This document shows positions 1-12,660 of a stretch of DNA of 64,000 nucleotides, piece after piece (the first letter of the stretch is position 1; every line of letters begins with the position of its first letter). This DNA is from Eledone cirrhosa (taxonomy: Eukaryota): contig OZ024740.1 in assembly GCA_964016885.1 (NCBI GenBank), forward strand, positions 107,012,001 through 107,076,000. The letters run 5' to 3'. The position numbers and the translations under genes were made by a program. The notes under the pieces are model-generated. The model searched no databases and was not told the DNA's origin. It saw only the letters and a program-made list of their open reading frames with translations.

Positions 1-1
1 A

Positions 2-89
2 TCCTCTTGATAAGTTGGCAGACCTCGCAAGGACTCTATATCTTTGATATATTGTTTTTGTTTATGCCACGAAACTACGTAGTCGAGGA
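2..89 (+). ncRNA. Type I hammerhead ribozyme, U3-A8 core variant
   Basis: tcctc-TTGATAA-gttggca..tgccac-GAAA-CTACGTAG-TC-gagga: stem I tcctc/gagga, palindromic stem III, GUC site. Confidence 0.7.
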
Positions 90-592
90 ATTTAGGAGCA
101 GTTTAGGTATGATACATTTTATTACTAATTATATCTAAATGTTTCTTCTCTCTTCATAATGTATTTTTAACTCTGATACCGGTTCAGTCTGGTTCAAACT
201 GAATTGGTCTGTCCCAGTCATTCATTGAGCAACATCGGTGAAGTTGGCACCCTTAACTCACAGTTGGGTGCGGATGCATTCATGTATATATGTGTGTGTC
301 CGCATGTATCTGTGTGTTTCTAAATATATTAATAACTCCCTCTGGTCGAGCAATCTTTGAAGTGTGGGGACAACTGGAAAGCTTCCATTACTCATACTTC
401 TCGCCTTCTTCACTACCTCTTCTACGGCCTCGATATGAATACCCCCTCCGCCTCCGTGGTATTTTCTTCGTGGTTATAAGAGGCTTAGCTCTGTTTCTCG
501 ACCGTTATATCGCGTGACTATCTCCCCCTCCGCCTTTTGGGATTCTTTCTCACGTCGTGTAGACGCGTTCTTGAGACTAGTAAAATGAGGTA

Positions 593-680
593 TCCTCTTG
601 ATAAGTTGGCTGACCTCGCAAGGACTCTATATCTTTGATATATTGTTTTTGTTTATGCCACGAAACTACGTAGTCGAGGA
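593..680 (+). ncRNA. Type I hammerhead ribozyme, U3-A8 core variant (second tandem copy)
   Basis: Same motif as 2-89, 591 nt downstream. Confidence 0.7.
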
Positions 681-752
681 ATTTAGGAGCAGTTTAGGTA
701 TGATACATTTTATTACTAATTATATCTAAATGTTTCTTCTCTCTTCATAATG

Positions 753-792
<40 letters not shown>

Positions 793-794
793 CA

Positions 795-830
<36 letters not shown>

Positions 831-1416
831 GCGTAAGTGGTTCAGTGAATTACTGGTGTTTGTACCAAAGCAAGTACTCAATGCACAGACAGAGTGTATA
901 TATCATAAAAACGAGAAAGTTTCGTTTAGATGTAAAATATATTTGTGTATCAACCTGTTACGTGCGTTTCGCAGAGGATTGGGTCAAGGTCACCCATAGG
1001 GGTTATGGGCACGACTCTACTATCGATCTGCTCTTCAGACTGGCGATGTGACATATCTGTATGAAACTCGAGTAATATGTCGCAAGATCTCTCTGAAGTT
1101 CGGAGTTTATGCCACAAGGTATCTATGAAACTCGGAAAATATGTTCCAGAGTATCTACAAGTAGGTACCAGTATCAAAACTTTTGTTATATTTTCTGCCA
1201 AAGCTGATTTTAACTTGATGCCATGAGATATGAAGAAACTGCGTCTTAAATTTCACAGAGGTCACTTATTAGCTTCTTAGCGTTTATTTGGTAAGAAAAT
1301 TGAGAAATTGTTTCTACATAAATATATTTATTTAAACTTTAAACTTAAATATTTGGGTAAATATGTTCTCTAAAACTTTTATGGTGGATTTAGTAAAACC
1401 AGATGTTTAATAAATG

Positions 1417-1558
1417 ATGGTGGTTTGGGTGGTGGCGGCGGTAGTGGGGGTGGTGTTGGTGGTGGTGGCGGTTTTGGTGGTGGTGGCGGCGGCGGCGGCG
1501 GCGGTGGTGGTGGTGGCGGTGGTGGTGGTGGTGGTGTTGCTGCTGTTGCTGGTGATGG
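1417..1558. repeat. (GGT/GGC)n trinucleotide repeat
   Basis: Directly visible; explains the poly-G/H/T ORFs. Confidence 0.9.
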
Positions 1559-1688
1559 TATTTACGATACCAATAAAACAGTGTGTAGCATAACAGCATA
1601 CAAATATGCAACATGTTGCCTTTGACACCATGTGCATTATATGACTGCGTGCAATATCATAAAATGTGCGGTAATACAGTATTTATCG

Positions 1689-2635
1689 TATAACAGTATG
1701 TGCAATATAACAGTATGTGCAATATAATAGTGTGTGCACTATAACAGTATGTGCAATATAACTGTATGTGCAATATAACAGTATGTGCAATATAACAGTG
1801 TGTGCACTAAACAGTATGTGCAATATAACTGTATGTGCAATATAACAGTATGTGCAATATAACAGTGTGTGCACTATAACAGTATGTGCAATATAACTGT
1901 ATGTGCAATATAACAGTATGTGCACTATAACAGTATGTGCACTATAACAGTATGTGCAATATAACAGTATGTGCACTATAACAGTATGTTTACTATGAAG
2001 GCATGAGCATTGTGTGACTAACTATGTGCATTATGACAATACGGGCAGTATGGTGGTATGGCCAATATAGTAGTATATATACACCGTGTCCTCTCAATAA
2101 CATGTGCACTATGACATGTGCAATATGTGCAGTATAAAACATATGCATTATGAGACTATGTGCACTATCACAGCATGTTTCGTATCCCATTGTATGTGCA
2201 GTATGACACTATGACAGTATATTCAGTATCACACTGTGAAATATACCTGCACAATAACAGCATGTGCATTATAACAACATGTGCAGTATCAAACTGGGTT
2301 CAGTATTACTGTATGACAGTATATACAGTATGACAATAATCCAATATCACAGTATTACAGTATGTTCTATATCACACTATATACAGTATGACAGTATGTT
2401 CAATATCACACTATGTGAAGTATGACTGTATGTCTTATATCACGTTATGACAGTGTGTCCTATATCATACTATATCACACTATATACTGTATGACAGCAT
2501 ATATACCATGACAGTATATACACTATGACAGTGTGTCTTATATCACACTATATACAATATCACAGTATATACTGTATGACAGCATATATACCATGACAGT
2601 ATATACACTATGACAGTATGTCCTATATCACACTG
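1689..2635. repeat. 17-bp minisatellite (taacagtatgtgcaata) decaying into diverged units
   Basis: Regular 17-nt period to ~1990, then degenerate tatgacagtatatacag-type units. Confidence 0.85.
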
Positions 2636-3007
2636 CGAAGTATGCCATATATGAACTAGGTTGTTTTGGTTAGACCGGAAATTGAAAGGTTCTCAAGTTC
2701 TTTATCCTTAGTTGACACCATTTACCACACGCGTCATTGAGAGGGAGAAACGTGATACAATTCTATGTAATATAGAATTTCCTCCAACTCAATAGAAATT
2801 CACAATATTATTATTGTTTTCAATTTGAATTTTTTTTTTTTTCACATACACTTATTTATGATATTAATTTTACAAACTTAATTTTGTTTACATGTAGTAA
2901 GTTAGACGTCTGACCTCATTGTATATTTTCATACAATTGCATGCACAAATATATTACTTTTATTAATAGTTTAGTCAGTGGGGGGAAAAGGACAGTATCC
3001 ATGACTC

Positions 3008-4969
3008 TGTAGCGGTTGTCTCCCTTGTTGTGACTCACAACCCCAATAGATTAACATCTAGACGGGAAGTAGAACCCTATAAAACGAATAGCCTTCGGCT
3101 CTCTCCCTCTCATTTGCCCTTCCGGCGCCTGGCCTTCGCCAGGCGTCTCGCGTTTGCCTGGCAATCAAAACGGTAACTACTAACTTTGCTTCATTCTATC
3201 ATCTATTACTTTGACATGTCAACTATACTGTTCTATATATATCCATGATTGTTAATTAAATATTATACACACAAACTATGTCTCTTTGTTACATTCATAC
3301 AACCCAGTACTCTCGCTATATTGGTAACCCTGACGTGATACGAACACGCAGCCGTTCATCGCTATAAGTGGTCACCCCGAAAAAAGAAAAAAATAGCAGA
3401 ATCTGGCGTTGTGTGAGTAACATTACGAATACACAACAAATTTATTGACAAACTATGAAAATACTCAGTAAAAGAAACGAACACACCACGCACATGTGAA
3501 ATTTTCGCACAGACAGACTTTTTCTCTCACGCATCAACTATCTGTCGCATTTCACGATATATATATATGTTTCTCGTTTCTTACAACGAACACTTTCAAA
3601 ACAAAAAAAAAACAAAAAAAAAAAAATGAAATTTGATATTTTTTTTTTAGAAACATTTCAACAGGAACATTTATTTTCGATGAACCATTGCCTTTTTTTT
3701 TCATCGTTTTCTTCATCGTTCAAGTTTTTTTTTTGTTTTTTTTCCAAAGTTCACACCAATAATTACGCCGAGTGAAGCCTTTCTTTTTCATCATTGTCAC
3801 TTTCACACTTCCACTATCATTTTCTCGCGCGTTAGAAATATTATTTTTTCAACCTAACTTATCCTTGTATTGGCACGTGTAGGCAGCACAAATTCTCGAC
3901 TCACAGAGATATCTCGACTCACAGAGATAGCCGCACGCCAGAGATAACGTTTCTCGCCAAGGATTCTTCAGCCTTAAGCTATATTCTCCTATTTGCCGGT
4001 TTAAAAATTTACCACGTAAATTTGCCGTTGAAAACTGCGCATTTATTCAGAATGCTTATTTCTTTGGTCGCTGGCCTCTTGACCCTTCCAGGTCAACGTA
4101 TTCTCAACATCGACCATCAACTTCGGCTGCTATTTCTGGCACTTTGCGCAACTCATTTTTTCCGGAAAATTTTTTTTTTTACTGTGAATTTAAACACCGA
4201 ATACGCTAACTCAGCGAGACATCAACAGCAACACAGCTTCACCAACAACCAAAACCAGCAGAACAAGCCAGAGAATTTATTTTTGCAGCACTCTTCCTGT
4301 GAGAAAATCCATTCGGAGGTTGGAAATTTCACGATATACCACAGAACAGAAACCACCTGCATTCATTCTCTGGAACACACTTTCTTTCCTGCTGTCATGT
4401 GATTGCACACCTGTGAACTATATTTTGTACATTTGAACTTTGAGCCCTTCTCTTACTTTATTACATTGTATCTTTGGGTGATGGATAGATAGATGTCCAG
4501 TCGTTCTCTGGCCAAGAGCGGTTGGCTACCTTGATATCTATCATTGATTTTTGCAAACATTCTTTTGTCGTAATTTTCATGCCTGTTACAACATTCTCGC
4601 CAACTTGCTACATATTTCATTCGATTTTTATATTCTAAAATTCTGGCGGGAGGTTATGTAGCGGTTGTCTCCCTTGTTGTGACTCACAACCCCAATAGAT
4701 TAACATCTAGACGGGAAGTAGAACCCTATAAAACGAATAACCTTCGGCTCTCTCCCTCTCATTTGCCCTTCCGGCGCCTGGCCTTCGCCAGGCGTCTCGC
4801 GTTTGCCTGGCAATCAAAACGGTAACTACTAACTCTGCTTCATTCTATCATCTATTACTTTGACATGTCAACTATACTGTTCTATATATATCCATGATTG
4901 TTAATTAAATATTATATACACAAACTATGTCTCTTTGTTACATTCATACAACCCAGTACTCTCGCTATA
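3008..4969 (+). mobile_element. Non-autonomous LTR retrotransposon (Gypsy-like, 4-bp TSD)
   Basis: 313-bp LTRs at 3008-3320 and 4657-4969 (3 differences seen); TSD ACTC at 3004-3007 and 4970-4973; PBS at 3322; purine tract ggcgggagg before the 3' LTR; no gag/pol ORF. Confidence 0.92.
3322..3353 (+). promoter_or_regulatory. Primer-binding site complementary to tRNA-Trp 3' end
   Basis: TGGTAACCCTGACGTGATACGAACACGCAGCC resembles the reverse complement of the metazoan tRNA-Trp 3' end (TGGTGACCCCGACGTGATTTGAACACGCAACC, recalled). Confidence 0.75.
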
Positions 4970-5384
4970 ACTCTTTTCACGACATCTGAGATTGGTAGGA
5001 GGAAGGGACGAAATTATTCTCAGACAGGAGGCTTGACCTAAACGCTTACACCGGTTTCTACTCCACTATATGAATGTATGGACCCGTAACAACTGATAGA
5101 GTCGTAGGGGCACCGTAGTAACATACGACGTGTACTGGACATTTTAAACATGGCGGAGCCCATACCTCTCCAGGTCTGAATACATCTGATTTCTTGCATG
5201 GAAGGAAAAAGAAGAAGTAAGAAAAACATATAGAGTAAGAATCAACCCCAATACTGGACTGATATTTTTTATCAACTACGAAAGGATGAAAGGCAAAGTT
5301 TACCTCGATGAGATTTGAGCTCAGAGCGCATAGAGCCGGAACGAATACCTAAAAGTCGAAGGTCTGTCCTAAGCCAGAAGGCTC

Positions 5385-5632
5385 ATTTGGCCGGTGCTTT
5401 TCTCGGTTTCATGACGTGAAGCGACTGAGAGTCCAAGACTCTCCCTTGGACAGGACGCGAGTCCATCGCAGGGTTAAACCTCCAGATATTGCTGGAACTC
5501 ATTTTCAGCTGAGTATACTGGAGCAACGTGAAATTAAGTGTTTTGTTCAAGAACATAACCGCAACCCAGGAATCGAACACACGACATTATGAACGTAAGT
5601 CAAACACCCTTTCCACTAGGCCACGTGCCTCC
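5385..5632 (-). mobile_element. tRNA-head CORE-type SINE (approximate)
   Basis: Reverse of ggcacgtggcctagtgg..ggttcgattcctggg..ttcttgaacaaaacactt..gctccagtatactcagctg. Confidence 0.6.
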
Positions 5633-5867
5633 ACAAAGCCATATATACATATACATATTGTGTGTGGGTGTATGTGTGTGTTTATGTGTATATGTGTGTG
5701 TCTCCGATTATGTCGTCAGAAGTGTATGTCACTGTCAACGCATGGTTATAAATATATGTATGTGCGTGTGTTAGTGTATGCATGGGTGAGTGTCGATGGT
5801 TAAGTATATTCATGAAAGTATGTTTGTAACTTTGTATATATAATGTAACAGCATTTATATATACAAG

Positions 5868-6930
5868 ATGTCTTCCAAAAATCAATTAAAGTTGGTGATC
5901 AGAAAAGAACTCACAGCCTTCTTTAAAGGCCTCAACCTCTCCATACAGGTTGAGGCCAACCTCTCGGTCGTTAATTACCTCGACATTACCCTCAATTGTC
6001 GAATGGCTTGCACTACTCGTATAGAAAGCCGAATAATACGCTTAATTACATAAGTAAGCATTCTAACCATCCTGCCAGCATAACCAAGAACCTGGTAAGA
6101 AAAGTTTCTTTGAGGCTTTCCCGTCTATCTACAAACGAGCATATTTTCACCGACCATTCTACATATTACAATGAAACTCTTGCTCGGAGTGGATTTCTCG
6201 ATAAGGTAGCATATACAGAGTATGAGAATAGACCTAGGAAAAATAGATCCCGACGCATTATATGGTATAACCCACCATATAATATGGAGGTGGCCACACC
6301 ATTAGCTAAGATCTTTCTCTCCCTTATTATGAAGCATTTCCTCCCAGCACATAAATATAGTAAAATTTTTAATAGAAATACCATTAAAATTTCTTACTCT
6401 ACGACTCCTAACCTTGCACATAACATCACAGTTTCAAATTTAGCTAAATTACCTAGCCGTAGGAACACGTGCAACCCTGTAGCTAGTACTAACTGTAATT
6501 GTAGGAATCGGGTTGACTGCCCCCTATCCGGAAAATGCCTCTCTAGTCACATTGTCTACAAATGTAAGGTTGAAACACCCACGTCCCGTAGGGCCTACAT
6601 AGGGTTAACCACCAATAGATTCAGGCAGCGTCTTTACATGCATACCCATTCTTTTCTTAACCTTTTAAGAAGGAATATGACGTCACTTTCAGCTTATATC
6701 TGGAGTCAAAAAGACAACCACACCCAATATAAGTTACACTGGGAGATCCTAGCTAGGGCTAGATCGTATAACGGAAATAAAAGACCATGTGACCCTGCGC
6801 CGCTGAAGCCCTGGAAATACTCTACGCCAAAGACCACATCTTAAACAAAAAATCTGAGGCAATTTCGGCTTGTAAACATAAATTGTACAAAACTTTCCTG
6901 TTTTACAGCCCCACATTATACCCTAACGGA
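5868..6930 (+). mobile_element. Penelope-like element fragment: RT C-terminus plus GIY-YIG endonuclease (frameshifted)
   Basis: VNYLDITLN, YRKPNNTLNYI..SNHP, WYNPPY, CNCRNRVDCPLSGKC, IVYKC..AYIGLT..FRQRL..H. Confidence 0.9.
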
Positions 6931-7837
6931 TAGTACGAACTATACGCGGATATTTTACGTCTTAATGTGGTAGCTAAGTATATATTATGTTTATACCATT
7001 ACTTATTTGCATAGGTAAGTATATATTACCTGTATGTTTTGTGAAGGTACGTATACTTTCTCGTACGTATATTTGCTTGTATATGTTATAGGCGTATATA
7101 TTATATTATATATACTGGTACATGTGCATAAGGTTATGTGTATACGTGAGTTTTGCGTCTGTGTGAGTATGCTGGTTCGCACATATGTAGGGTGTGTATA
7201 TGTGTACATTGTGTTTTGGTTGGCGTGCGTTTAGCGAACATTTGTGTATTTACATGTAGGTATGTGTGTGCGCGCGTTATATACGTATTTATGTGTGTAT
7301 ATTTATATACGTTTATATAATTATATGTATATACGCACATACACACACATATATATATTTTTTTTAATATATATTTTTATGTGTATTTGGTGTATACGTT
7401 GGTATGTGTGCGGGTACAGGCGTTGCGTGGGTTCCGTATGTACGTGCGTGTTTTTTTTGTGTACGTGCTTGTATTTGCATACCTATGGCGGGTGTTTTCG
7501 CGTATGCACGTGTATGTGTATGCGTGCATGTATATATTTAATTTTTATTGATTTCAATTACCTCTGTAATTTATTTACATTATTCTTAACTCTGAAGCCG
7601 AGAATCATTCGGTTTCCTAAATAGAATTTTAGTCTACGACTTCAGTTATACCATAAACGTGGTTTTGTCTTTACGTGTAATTGTTCTCACCGCTCCACAT
7701 AATGACGTATTATCGTTTTTTTTTCGTTCATTACCAGAGAACGTTTCCACGAACCACCTAATAGAATATTAGTCTACGACTTCATTTATACCATAAACGT
7801 GGTTTTGTCTTTGCGTGTAATTGTTTTCGCCGCTCCA

Positions 7838-7972
7838 AATAATTTTATCGACCCCGTAAGGATGAAAGGCAAAGTTAACCTCGGCGGTATTTGAACTCAG
7901 AATGGCAAGGGCCGTAACTCTATACGTCAAAGCATGGCGTCCGACCCTCTCCCAATACTGCCAATCCACCGT
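7838..7972 (-). mobile_element. tRNA-derived Meta-domain-like SINE, partial
   Basis: Core gcctttcatccttacggggtcgataaaat on the minus strand; B-box gagttcaaatacc. Confidence 0.75.
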
Positions 7973-8269
7973 TCCAAATAATGACGTATTATCTTCGTTT
8001 TTTTTCGTGCTTTGCCAGGGAACGTTTCCACAAACCAAAGTATCGTCTTCCTATCTTCTTTCGGTTGCAACGTTTTTCGAAATATTTACTTCTGCGTTCA
8101 CAGATTGATTTTGTTAGTTTCAGGTGAAAGCAGCGATTCTTTGCTTAAATTTTAATGTGTTATTTTAATAAATATTTGCTGTACAGTTTTTATATATTTG
8201 ATACATATTTATCCCTATCGAGCCCTCTTTGGATTTTAGTCTTCAAATTTATTAGTATTACTATATATA

Positions 8270-8475
8270 TATAACAAAGAAGGTGTGGTAAGATGCCAGG
8301 TGGACCATAATGCACCACAGTACTTTATACTTAGGGTAGAAGAGTGGGTAATAGGAAAAGAGCCAGGACCCCGACGGCTGCGCCCCGGCCGTTTCGACAG
8401 CTAGATGCTGGCTTAGTTCGGATCTAGATGTCGAAACGGCCGGAGCGCAGCCGTCGGGGTCCTGACTCTTTTCAT
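8270..8475. mobile_element. Penelope pLTR remnant with inverted hammerhead 3' half; family also at 9970-10145, 17883-17990, 24568-24670, 51657
   Basis: Shared ggtgtggtaag..gagtgggtaataggaaa; inverted arms containing gtcGAAAcggc..gccgTCggggt; flanked by (TA)n. Confidence 0.6.
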
Positions 8476-8525
8476 ATATATGTGTGTGGGTGTGGGTGTG
8501 TGTATAATATAATATAATATAATAT

Positions 8526-8933
8526 AATTGTTTCTACTTTTGGCACAAGGCCAGCAATCAACCAGTACATTACTGGTACTTTATTTTATCGATCTCTGTG
8601 TGGATGAAAAGCAAAGTTAACCTCGGCGGGATTTGAACTCAGATCGTAAAGGGACGTAACTATGCTGGAAAGCATGTCCGACCCTCTACCGATACTGCCA
8701 ATTCACCGCCCTCTATAATATAATATAATATAATATAATATAATATAATTGTTTCTACTTTTGGCACAGGGCCAGCAATTAACCAGTACATTACTGGTAC
8801 TTTATTTTATCGACCCCGTAAGGATGAAAGGCAAAGTTAACCTCGACGGGATTTGAACTCAGACCGTAAAGGGACGTAACTATGCTGGAAAGCATGGCAT
8901 CCGACTCTCTACCGATACTGCCAATCCACCGCC
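8526..8933 (-). mobile_element. Two tandem Meta-domain-like SINE copies, each with a (TATAA)n tail
   Basis: Same SINE core twice (~8526-8712, ~8746-8933). Confidence 0.8.
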
Positions 8934-9548
8934 CTGGTAGACAAATTCTTTGTCTCTCTGTCTGTCTATATGTCTCTTCCTTATGCATTCTCAAACGGCT
9001 CAACCAAATTAAATCAAATTTTACAAGGTCGGGATTAACAACATGTAATTTTTATTTTCATTTAGATTAAAACAATATAACATTAAACGGACATTTTATA
9101 ACACGACGACGACGTCACATTTTGTATGTATGTGTCTGTGAGTGTGTGTGTGTGTGCGTGTTCGTTACGTACGTTAGGCCTTAGTAAGTTACATACACAC
9201 ACATCTTCACGTGAATATTTAATCAGATGCACAGAGAATTAAACACACACACACATCTACACATATATAGATATATATCTGTGTGTGTGTGTGTGTGCGT
9301 GTATATATGTGTGTGTGTGTGTATGTGTGTGTGTGTGTGATGTTTGACTAGTATATGTGTGTGAGTATACATACATTTCTGTGACGACTGACATAACGAA
9401 ACACTGTCTGAATGTATGTCTGCGTGTGTCTGCGTTTATCAAACAGTTCTAGTCCTGTAGAAGCTTTTCTATATTAAACATTTATACTCTGTTTTGTATT
9501 GAGTACCTTACTTACTGTGGTTACCCCCCGATTGAACCCGGGATAACT

Positions 9549-9620
<72 letters not shown>

Positions 9621-9646
9621 ATTTATAAATATATATATATTTATAA

Positions 9647-9790
9647 ATAAACTAATATGTATGTGATGAAACACAGATACCAACACATCTGTATATATAT
9701 TGCAAAAGAAAAATTCTGGCTAAATTTTTCTTTTGCAATATATATACAGATGTGTTGGTATCTGTGTTTCATCACATACATATTAGTTTA
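9647..9790. repeat. Near-perfect palindrome, ~68-bp arms
   Basis: aaactaatatgtatgtgatg..caaaagaaaaa / tttttcttttg..catcacatacatattagttt. Confidence 0.9.
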
Positions 9791-10982
9791 TACACGGCTC
9801 AGTGGGTATTTTCCTCCTTCGAGCTAATTCCATTGTAAAAGAATTCATTACCTTATATTTATAAATATATATATTTATAAATATATATGTATATATATAT
9901 ATAATATATAAGAACAAAAGATGGTTAAAAGAGTTCCATGTATTTTCTTATGCGCATTTCATATATATATATAACGAAGGGGGTGTGGTAACGAACCAGA
10001 TGGTTCATAACGCAGAATACTCAATATTTAAGGTAGTAGAGTGGGTAATAGGAAAAAGTTTAACCCCGACAGCAGAGATCAAGCCGTTTCGACGGCTATT
10101 TCTGTCCAGAAATTGAGCTCTGCCGTCGGGGTCATACATTTTCCTATATATATATTCACGGGTTTTCACGTTATTTAATATAATTGTTCCTACTTTTGGC
10201 ACCAGGTCACCAATTATCCCAGTGCATTACTGGTGCTTTAAGAATAATAGAACACAAAATTTTATATATCAACAATTTTACTTATTTAATATGTCTTATG
10301 TTATTTCATAGCGTTCTGGAAATTCTGAATATACAAATTTTGACAAATGAAGCTATTGAGCTTAAAGTTGACGTTTTGTTTCCCATTACACCAAGCATGA
10401 AATAGCAGTAATGTCCATTCCTTCGTAAAATCGGAAAGATAGCAGCCCGCCCGAGGAAGGAACCCCTTGAAGCAAGGTAGCTATTGCAGTGGGTGTCACT
10501 GGCCACTCTCTGTGACAATGTCTTCACCATTCGGAGGACGGCCGTATCATCACTCACGACTGAGGCTTAGAGACAGTGCCACCTTCCATCTCTTTCTTTC
10601 CTTCGTTGTTTCGTTGCTTCATTCTTTTTTCTTTTTCTTCTTTCCTTTTCCTTTTTTTTGTTTCATTTAAATATTATTTTTTGTCCAACTTTACAATGTT
10701 ATCTTATAATAATTAACACATTCTAAAATATATTTTTTTTAAATAAATGAAATAGTTTTGTTTAAGGATATAGCCCAATACTTGCGCTTTTAATTTGAAA
10801 CCACAATCTCTAGTCTTATATTTCAATACCGTAATTCTCGAGGTACTACTCCTCCATCGTATAAAAATATTTTATAAAAATATACGTAGATCTTTTTTTT
10901 TTATAAATATTAATCAAGAAAGATTATAAAAAAAAGACATATTCCTTTAGATTGTTATTTCTGTACAATAGATCAGTTTATG

Positions 10983-11124
10983 GTCATCATCATCATCGCA
11001 GTTGTCGTCGTCATCTTCATCATCATCATCGTCGTCGTCGTCGTCATCATCATCATCGTCGTCGTCGTCGTCGCCGTCACCGCCGCCGCCATTACTATCG
11101 TCGTCTTCATCGTCATCATCACCA
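10983..11124. repeat. (CAT/CGT)n trinucleotide repeat
   Basis: Directly visible; gives a spurious poly-D ORF. Confidence 0.9.
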
Positions 11125-11405
11125 TTTTTAGCCATTATCTACCCAATGAAAGGCGGGGACTTCATTAGCTGATGCCAGTTGGTTCTATATTGTGACACTT
11201 TCATCCATGTAAAACCTATAAACCTATAAATCACATCTCACCATCTCGTCCTTTGTTTCATTAGCCTGCCCCCTACAATCTCCATTCTGTCCACCTTTTG
11301 TCATTTGTCCGTACATGTCTACCTCCACCCCACCCTCCGTTTTCTATTTTTAATATTGTATACGATATCTTCTATTCTTATCTATCGACAACTGTTTTTC
11401 TGCTA

Positions 11406-11850
11406 CAGTGGAAACTCGGCTCACGAACGCCTCCCATCACGAACAATTTTTCCGAACATAAAATGTCTAGGGTCATGAATAGTATCTCGAGTAACGAACA
11501 CGCAAGCCGGAAACAACGGTTGGTAACAAGCTTTGAATATCGGTGGGAAAGCGTCACTTGCTGTGTAGTTAGTTATTATGTTAATATCTATTCTATTCTA
11601 TTCTAAGGCGGGTAAAATTTCCGAGATCCATGGACGAGTTCTCTCCAGCGGTCTCAGTCCCTCATTATCGCTGACATGTCCTACGTCTCCAACAGACCAG
11701 TGTCTGTCCTTAGGGCATCAACATACGTTAACCTTGGTCTTCCTCTTCTAGTGCGTCCATGTAGGGGCTCCCAAAGGAGCACTGAGTGCAATGTCAACTC
11801 TGGATGTCGGTGAGCATGTCCAGCTAACCTCAGTCTCCTCTCTCTCTCAC

Positions 11851-11894
<44 letters not shown>

Positions 11895-12000
11895 TCCTTT
11901 TTCAACATTTCGTATGGGGAAAATAGTTTCGATTTACAAACATTTTGGATGAAGAACGGCCTTCAGGAAGGAATTGAGTTCGCTAACCGAGGTTCCACTG
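11406..12000. mobile_element. pogo/Tigger-like MITE with nested RTE fragment (~11607-11835, minus)
   Basis: TIRs TA-cagtggaaactcgg / ccgaggttccactg-TA; nested RLRLAGHAHRHPE..GRPRLTYVD RTE C-terminus. Confidence 0.7.
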
Positions 12001-12445
12001 TATTTTTTTTTATTGATTCTTAACATACATTTTTCTGTTCTAAGCTTCTGTTCCATGTGTTTTTAGTCCTTACCTATGCCTCTGTTATATAAAGCATTGC
12101 TGATATCATATACTAGTCAAACATTCACTACTTCAACATTTCAAAAACATTGAAATTGGTCTAAGTTTATCCCAGCTATTTTTTCTGGCCATTTCTTTAA
12201 CTTTTTCGTTGTCACATTTCTAATGAAAGACACTTATGAATCTTGAAAATAATCCAGTATATGGAGGGATTTAGTAATATAACTAATTTTCTTATTATTA
12301 AACCGGTGTTTGGATTATCACTTAAATATTTTTACATGAAATAAAATTATGATGGAATGTTTTAGATAAATATAAACATTAAAAAACATGATGGATGGTT
12401 TCAGATAGTTTTGTATCAAAAAGGTTAAAACCTTCAGTTACTTCT

Positions 12446-12660
12446 TCAGTTTGGGTTATTAGCTGGTCTAAATTCAAACCATTCCGTCAAAACTCCTGCG
12501 ATTGGCTCCCATAAGCAATAAGGCAGATGTGTATAGAGAAAAGGGATCAAGCGTGACAAGAAGCCTCTGTAGTAAATTTGTTTGGGTTCTGGTGAAAGCA
12601 GACCATCTAACATTGCTTCAAACACAGGGGAAAGGTCACTGGATAATATAGTGTCATCAT
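12446..12660 (-). CDS. SDR paralogue A, last exon (homologous to gene B exon 5); not in ORF track
   Basis: Acceptor tttacttccag; DDTILSSDLSPVFEAMLDGLLSPEPKQIYYRGFLSRLIPFLYTHLPYCLWEPIAGVLTEWFEFRPANNPN* aligns with gene B exon 5. Confidence 0.88.

Larger units (their letters stand above)
1..752 (+). mobile_element. Tandem hammerhead-containing repeat (Penelope pLTR / retrozyme-like), period 591 nt; runs off the window start
   Basis: 1-161 is repeated near-exactly at 592-752; each copy carries a hammerhead motif; ends in (TA)n(CATA)n. Confidence 0.7.

Noticed and set aside
1407-1637. Thr/Ala-rich mucin-like or poly-Gly ORF
   Set aside because: Trinucleotide repeat with no supported splice structure or homology
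1683-1976. Periodic Cys/His ORF; CRISPR-like periodicity
   Set aside because: Three 17-bp minisatellite units per 17 aa; no unique spacers; eukaryotic context
4022-4402. 126-aa ORF inside the LTR element
   Set aside because: No gag, protease, RT or integrase motif; non-ATG start
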